Made by a program: the position numbers and the translations under genes. Positions 59,341-64,000 of a DNA stretch of 64,000 bases are shown one piece after another. The notes below the pieces were generated by a model, which was given only the letters and a program-made list of their open reading frames with translations, had not been told where the DNA came from and searched no databases. Location: the IMG/VR virus record IMGVR_UViG_3300038393_002515; one strand, written 5' to 3'. Each line of letters starts with the position of its first letter. Positions within the stretch are counted from its first letter, which is position 1. Origin of the DNA: a virus.

Positions 59341-61431
59341 ATGTCGTCCGCGACGTCTGCGACCTTTTTGTCCCTGCAAGAGCTGTTCGCGAAACACCTC
59401 CCGGGTTACCGCCGTCGCCCGCAGCAGGAACACCTGGCACAGGCCGTCGAGCTGACACTGACCCAGGACCTCACCGAGCACGACCCCATGCACCTGCTCG
59501 CCGAGGCGGGCACCGGGACCGGCAAGTCGTACGCCGCCCTCGTCGCCGCGATCCTCGCCAGCCGGGCCGGGGGAGAGGGCCGGAAGCGGTTCGTCGTCGC
59601 CACGGCCACGAACGCCCTGCTGACCCAGTACACGAAGAAGGACCTCCCGTGGCTGGAGGAGGTCCTGGCCGAGGTCGGCATCGACTTCACCTGGGCCCCG
59701 CTCAAGGGCGTCGCCAACTTCGTCTGTCTGGCCAAGATGCACGACCAGCCCAAGATCGAGAACGTCCTGGGCCTGATGAAGGAGATCAGCGTCGAGGGCC
59801 ACACCGGCGACCGCGACGACGTCACCACCCCGGTCGACCAGCGACGCGAGTGGCCCCTGGTCTCCTCCACCAGCGACGAGTGCCCCGGCCGGGGGAAGTG
59901 CTCCTTCGCCGACCAGTGCTTCGCCCTGAAGCACAAGGAGGCCGCCATGGGGGCCGACATCGTCGCGACCAATATGGCCGTCCTGCTCACCGACACCAAG
60001 ATCGCCCGGGAGACCGCCGGAGAGGACGGCGAGGGCCCCCGTCAGCACCTTCTCCTCGGAGACTACGACGGTCTCATCATCGACGAGGCCCACGAGCTGG
60101 AGGACCAGGCCACTAGCCACCTCGGCTTCGACATCAAGCAGGGCGGCCTGCTCAAGTGGGCCGACCAGGCCATGAGCTTCCTCGCCGTCCACGAGGGCGT
60201 GGACGAGCAGCGCGCAGGGAAGAGCTACGACGCCCACCAGGACGTCCTGAACGCCATCGACGCCCTCACCCAGCCGATCGCCGACCAGCTGGAGCACGAC
60301 CAGACCGGCGGCATCGACGCCGACTTCATCAGCACCCACGCCGACAAGTTCGTCGCGCTGTGGATGAACCTCGAAGTCCTGCGCCAGCGCGTCATCAAGC
60401 GGAAGATCGCCGACTCCTCCGACCAGGAGAAGGAGGAGGCCATCCGGAACCGGATCATCACCGTCGGCCGGAACTTCCTCGCCAACATCAAGGCCGTCCT
60501 CCTCGCCGACCCCAACGAGATGGTCCGCTGGGCCGAGATGTACGGCCACGAGCGCATGACCATCGGCAAGCGCTGGATGATCAAGACCGCGCCCATCAAC
60601 GTCGGCCCGTACCTGCGCGAGGAGCTCTGGAGCCGCTACCCGGCCGTCCTGATGTCCGCCACCCTCAGCGCGGGCACCGGCGAGCACCGCTTCGACTACA
60701 TCGCCGGACGCCTCGGCCTGAAGGACACCGCCGCCACCCTCGACGTCGGCAGCCCCTTCGACTACCGCCACCAGGCCCTCACCTTCCACCCCGACAAGTC
60801 CGTCCCCGCCCCGGCCGGACAGACCCGCAGCGAGTGGGAGAACTGGGTCACCGCCGCCACCCTCGAACTCGTCCGCGCCGCCGGAGGAGGAGCCCTCCTC
60901 CTCTACACCTCCCGCAAGGCCATGAACGAGGCCTACGACGTCATCGGCCGCCAGCTGCGCGCCGACGGCATCAACTCCTTCGTCCAGGGCGGCGACATGA
61001 GCGTCAAGGAGATGGCCGACCGCTTCCGAGCCGACAAGGACAGCGTCCTGTTCGGCCTGCGCTCCTTCATGACCGGCATGGACTTCCCCGGCAACACCTG
61101 CCGCCTGGTCGTCGTCGACAAGCTCCCCTTCGCCGTCCCCACCGACCCCATCCACAAGGCCCGCGCCGAGGCCATCGAGCGCCAGGGCGGCAACGCCTTC
61201 GCCGACCTGGTCGTGCCGTCCATGACCCTCACGCTCCTGCAGGCCTACGGCCGCCTCATCCGCAGCGTGGGTGACTCCGGCGTCGTCGCCCTCATGGACC
61301 CGCGCCTGGCCAGCAAGGGCTACGGCCGGGGCATCGTCAAGGCGCTCCCGCCCGCGCCTGTCACCACGGCACTGGCCGACGTCGTCGACTTCTACAAGGG
61401 GTTCCAGGTCGAGCTGACCGCCGCCGCTTGA
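59341..61431 (+). CDS. DinG/XPD(Rad3)-family Fe-S DNA helicase
   Basis: Walker A AEAGTGTGKSYA, DEAH box IIDEAHELED, Cys cluster (FVCLAKM...SDECPGRGKCSFADQCF), C-terminal helicase motifs (LLYTSRKAM..., FGLRSFMTGMDFPG, QAYGRLIRS). ATG 59341 follows AAGGGG by 6 nt; ATG 59311 is an alternative. Confidence 0.85.
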   Translation: MSSATSATFLSLQELFAKHLPGYRRRPQQEHLAQAVELTLTQDLTEHDPMHLLAEAGTGTGKSYAALVAAILASRAGGEGRKRFVVATATNALLTQYTKKDLPWLEEVLAEVGIDFTWAPLKGVANFVCLAKMHDQPKIENVLGLMKEISVEGHTGDRDDVTTPVDQRREWPLVSSTSDECPGRGKCSFADQCFALKHKEAAMGADIVATNMAVLLTDTKIARETAGEDGEGPRQHLLLGDYDGLIIDEAHELEDQATSHLGFDIKQGGLLKWADQAMSFLAVHEGVDEQRAGKSYDAHQDVLNAIDALTQPIADQLEHDQTGGIDADFISTHADKFVALWMNLEVLRQRVIKRKIADSSDQEKEEAIRNRIITVGRNFLANIKAVLLADPNEMVRWAEMYGHERMTIGKRWMIKTAPINVGPYLREELWSRYPAVLMSATLSAGTGEHRFDYIAGRLGLKDTAATLDVGSPFDYRHQALTFHPDKSVPAPAGQTRSEWENWVTAATLELVRAAGGGALLLYTSRKAMNEAYDVIGRQLRADGINSFVQGGDMSVKEMADRFRADKDSVLFGLRSFMTGMDFPGNTCRLVVVDKLPFAVPTDPIHKARAEAIERQGGNAFADLVVPSMTLTLLQAYGRLIRSVGDSGVVALMDPRLASKGYGRGIVKALPPAPVTTALADVVDFYKGFQVELTAAA

Positions 61432-61450
61432 GAATTCCGAATTTCTTGCG

Positions 61451-61472
61451 CTTACCCCATCAGTGGGGTAAG
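61451..61472 (+). terminator. Terminator-like hairpin after the helicase gene
   Basis: CTTACCCCA (61451-61459) / TGGGGTAAG (61464-61472), 4-nt loop. Confidence 0.55.
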
Positions 61473-61527
61473 TTGAGATCACGCTCTCCGCCAAGAGCGC
61501 ACAACCTCACACGCACAGGAGCATCAC

Positions 61528-62280
61528 GTGACTTCCGCCCCCGCTACGGAAACCACCAGCACCGAACTCGTCCCGACCTTCGACTTCAGCAAGGCCATCT
61601 CCGTCCTCGAAAAGGACGAGAGCGTCAACCTCTCCGACGTGCTGGCCCAGCTGGCCACCATCCCGGTCGTCGCACCCCCCGCCGTCAAGAAGAAGGTCGA
61701 CAAGGACGCCGTCGCCCGCAAGCTCGAAGAGGACCGTGCAGCCCTCACTGCCCTCCCGGACGCCTTCGGCGTCGTCGAAGAGCCCGCTTCCCGTCGCCTC
61801 CTCAGCAAAGCAGAACTGGCTCAGGCGATGAAGGAGAAGACCGCCCTCTCCGAGGCGAAGAAGGCCGTCACCGCGCGCGAGGCAAAGCTGAACGAGTGGC
61901 TCTCCACCCACTTCGACGTGTACGCCGAAAAGCTGAATCTGGTCGACCCGGAGAAGACGCCCAAGGACGCCAAGGGGCATTACCTGATCGGCGCCATGGG
62001 CAACCGGCTGGAGCAGGCCGTCGAGGGAGCGGACAAGATCTTCACCCGCGAGAAGGACGCGGACAAGGCTCCCATGAGCCACGAACTCCTGCTCGCCGCC
62101 TTCGAGGACGGGAAGATCACTCGCGCTGAGTACCTCGCGTTCACGACGACCGTTCGCGTCCTCGACGAGAAGAAGATCCGCACGGCGATGCTCTCGAAGG
62201 CCAGGCGCGAGCGGGCCCAGGAGATCATCGCGATGATCACTCAGGTCAAGCCGGGCAGGCTCAGCGTCCACGTGCGCTAG
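61528..62280 (+). CDS. Hypothetical coiled-coil protein (early/recombination module)
   Basis: 250 aa. GTG 61528 lies 7 nt after AGGAG. The central Lys/Glu/Ala-rich helix is followed by a globular C-terminus. Function not assigned. Confidence 0.65.
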   Translation: MTSAPATETTSTELVPTFDFSKAISVLEKDESVNLSDVLAQLATIPVVAPPAVKKKVDKDAVARKLEEDRAALTALPDAFGVVEEPASRRLLSKAELAQAMKEKTALSEAKKAVTAREAKLNEWLSTHFDVYAEKLNLVDPEKTPKDAKGHYLIGAMGNRLEQAVEGADKIFTREKDADKAPMSHELLLAAFEDGKITRAEYLAFTTTVRVLDEKKIRTAMLSKARRERAQEIIAMITQVKPGRLSVHVR

Positions 62281-62320
62281 GAATCACGCGATCTCTACGA
62301 CAACATTGCAACCCCGCCAC

Positions 62321-62341
62321 CTCCGCCCCGCCAGGGCGGAG
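62321..62341 (+). terminator. Terminator-like hairpin
   Basis: CTCCGCCC (62321-62328) / GGGCGGAG (62334-62341), extended by CCAC/GTGG with a 2-nt bulge. Confidence 0.5.
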
Positions 62342-62365
62342 GTAGTGGCATGTGGAAGGACGAAT

Positions 62366-62833
62366 ATGCCTCCCCTGACCATGGAGCCCATCATCGTCGA
62401 GCCCGAGCGCCAGCAAAGAGACCACCTGGCCAGCTGCCAGGCAGGACAATTCTCGCTGCACGACTACGACTTCCCCGTGGAGAAGGACCCGAGGTACAAG
62501 GTGCCATCGGGCATGCCACCACTGCGCCGTCCGCACTTCCAGCCGGGAGTGGTCGCCGAGGTGTTCTTCGGACGGACCCCGGAATGGATGAAGGAACGGC
62601 TCAAGGGACCGCCCTACCAGAAGACCCCCCTGATGGTGGACGACGAGACCCCGCTGGTGATCCGCATTGTCCCCCGGGGCAAGACCGGCGAACGCCGCTT
62701 CACCCTGGCAGACATCGAGCGACTCGCCTGGGCCCTCTACCAACGCGGCGACATCGACGGCCACACCCTCCAGGGCGCCTGCGAGATCCTGCACGCGGTC
62801 GCTGAACTGCACAAGCGGAAGCCGACGTCCTGA
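62366..62833 (+). CDS. Protein with a C-terminal MerR/excisionase-type HTH
   Basis: ATG 62366 after GGAAGGA. Segment RRFTLADIERLAWALYQRGDID resembles excisionase/MerR-family DNA-binding helices. Confidence 0.55.
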   Translation: MPPLTMEPIIVEPERQQRDHLASCQAGQFSLHDYDFPVEKDPRYKVPSGMPPLRRPHFQPGVVAEVFFGRTPEWMKERLKGPPYQKTPLMVDDETPLVIRIVPRGKTGERRFTLADIERLAWALYQRGDIDGHTLQGACEILHAVAELHKRKPTS

Positions 62834-63711
62834 TGCGACCCACCCTGCTCATCGACGGCAACAACATCCTGATACGCGCCGTCGAGGCCACACGCCGAAC
62901 CTCCATGCACAGCGACGACGGCACCGACACCAGCGGCCTCGTCGTCTTCATCAACACCATCTCCCGCTACATACGCGAGGTGAAGCCCTTCCGCGTCATG
63001 GTGCTCTGGGACAGCGGCCCGGACTGGCGCAAGCAGATCTACCCGGCCTACAAGGCCAACCGGCCCCAGGTCACCGACGAGTACCGCAGCGTCACGCGCC
63101 GACTCGTCCGCCAGTTCCTCTCCCTCGCCCGCGTCCCCTGGACCTACCTCCCCGGGTACGAAGCCGACGACCTCATCGCTGCCCACTGGCGCCACGCCTA
63201 CGCGCCGGTCGTCATCCTCTCCAGCGACAAGGACCTCCTGCAGCTCGTCGGCGAGACCCCAAACGGGTACGAGTGCACGCAGATCCGCGTCTCCAGCGCC
63301 AACACCCCCACCGACCGATGGGACGAGGCCAAGGTCATCGAGCACTACGGCTGCACGCCCGCCCAACGCCCCCTCGTGATGTCCCTGACCGGCGACGCCA
63401 CCGACGGCATCCCCGGCGTCAAGGGCATCGGCGACGTCTACGCCCTCAAGCACCTCACGGCCGCCGACTGGGACCTGGACTCCGTCGAGCACCAGGCCAT
63501 CGCCGAGGCCCGCGACAAGGGCGAGATCGCCGTCTACCGCCAGCTCGTCGACCTCCGCGACGCCCCCTACGAGATCATCCCCACCGGCCCCGGCCCGTTC
63601 ATGCCCGTCACCCCCGGCACGGACGCCGCCTGGCAGGCCCTGTGGAAGTTCCTGAACGAACTCCAGCTCCGCGACATCCAACGCCGTCTGATGGCCGGAG
63701 AACTCTGGTAG
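62833..63711 (+). CDS. 5'-3' exonuclease (FEN/Pol I N-terminal domain family)
   Basis: LLIDGNNILIRA, YKANR, GYEADDLIA, SSDKDLLQLV and TGDATDGIPGVKGIGDV motifs. TGATG overlap with the upstream gene. Confidence 0.9.
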   Translation: MRPTLLIDGNNILIRAVEATRRTSMHSDDGTDTSGLVVFINTISRYIREVKPFRVMVLWDSGPDWRKQIYPAYKANRPQVTDEYRSVTRRLVRQFLSLARVPWTYLPGYEADDLIAAHWRHAYAPVVILSSDKDLLQLVGETPNGYECTQIRVSSANTPTDRWDEAKVIEHYGCTPAQRPLVMSLTGDATDGIPGVKGIGDVYALKHLTAADWDLDSVEHQAIAEARDKGEIAVYRQLVDLRDAPYEIIPTGPGPFMPVTPGTDAAWQALWKFLNELQLRDIQRRLMAGELW

Positions 63712-63834
63712 GCCACTTTCTTGCTCTCGACCTGGACCGGCGGTTAGCGTCAAAACGCCTCACCGCCAAGAGGCCCTCTTCCACGGCAGACCGCCATCTT
63801 GCCGTGCCCAGCCACCGCCAGGTTGGAGACCCCT

Positions 63835-64000
63835 GTGCTCGACTTCTCTGCTGCTGCCTACGGCAAGGCCGCCATGGCGTCCGCGCCGCTGGCGACCATC
63901 CGTCCCGCCACTGCGCCCGGCCCCGTGTCCATGGCCGCCACCGACCTCCTCGACGCCCCCATGGACTGGTCCTGGGAGCAGCTGCGCGACTACGTCATGC
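63835..64000 (+). CDS. Hypothetical protein, 3'-partial
   Basis: GTG 63835 lies 5 nt after GGAGA. The frame stays open to the window end with strongly G/C-rich third positions (VLDFSAAAYGKAAMASAPLATIRP...). Confidence 0.45.
   Translation, partial: MLDFSAAAYGKAAMASAPLATIRPATAPGPVSMAATDLLDAPMDWSWEQLRDYVM

Larger units (their letters stand above)
1..64000. mobile_element. Segment of a temperate contractile-tailed actinobacteriophage / plasmid-like prophage genome
   Basis: Contiguous head, sheath/tube/tape-measure/baseplate/fibre, lysis, immunity (XRE + ImmA-like), partition (ParA) and replication-type genes. Very high G+C with G/C-rich third codon positions. Confidence 0.8.

Noticed and set aside
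1-64000. Search by eye for tRNA/tmRNA, rRNA, CRISPR arrays, integrase/transposase genes, reverse transcriptase (retron/DGR) and inteins.
   Set aside because: No T-loop (GGTTCGAATCC-like) or cloverleaf candidates, no regularly spaced direct repeats, and no tyrosine/serine recombinase, DDE or RT motifs were recognised. Absence by eye is not proof; tRNAscan-SE, Infernal and HMM searches should confirm it.

Overview
High-G+C DNA with G/C-rich third codon positions, typical of Streptomyces-like actinobacteria. It reads as about 64 kb of a temperate, contractile-tailed actinobacteriophage, probably kept as a plasmid-like prophage: a ParA/ParB cassette and a winged-helix rep-like gene are present, and I recognised no integrase. 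Layout: 2-8658 (+) holds a 5'-partial virion protein, a two-domain beta-helix tailspike, a CHAP endolysin, a membrane protein and a 942-aa SWIM-finger protein. 8711-11754 (-) is an XRE repressor / ImmA-like protease / two-membrane-protein cassette. 12053-23708 (+) is the head module (protease-like giant fusion protein, scaffold-like protein, major capsid protein, FN3 protein, neck-type proteins). 23742-27099 (+) carries thyX, an RHH protein, a ParB/Srx-like protein and an Arr-like ADP-ribosyltransferase fusion, all embedded among virion genes. 27099-55028 (+) is the tail module: sheath, tube, chaperones with a -1 frameshift, tape measure, hub with NlpC/P60, gp25-like and J-like baseplate proteins, and a large fibre/depolymerase set. 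That tail module is interrupted by a reverse-strand parA/parB cassette flanked by three copies of one perfect palindrome. 55127-64000 holds replication/recombination-type genes (SNF2, winged-helix protein, DinG-like helicase, 5'-3' exonuclease). I found no rRNA, tRNA, CRISPR, integrase or transposase. The strongest unexplained signal is an 18-copy, strand-specific bipartite element, (G)CTGTC-N22-24-(AA)GGGGTGA. It occurs only in + strand intergenic gaps ahead of virion, lysis and embedded accessory genes, usually just after a terminator hairpin. It is usually folded into covarying hairpins that pair a pyrimidine tract with the downstream Shine-Dalgarno sequence. All functional calls rest on motif recognition by eye; no database search was run.
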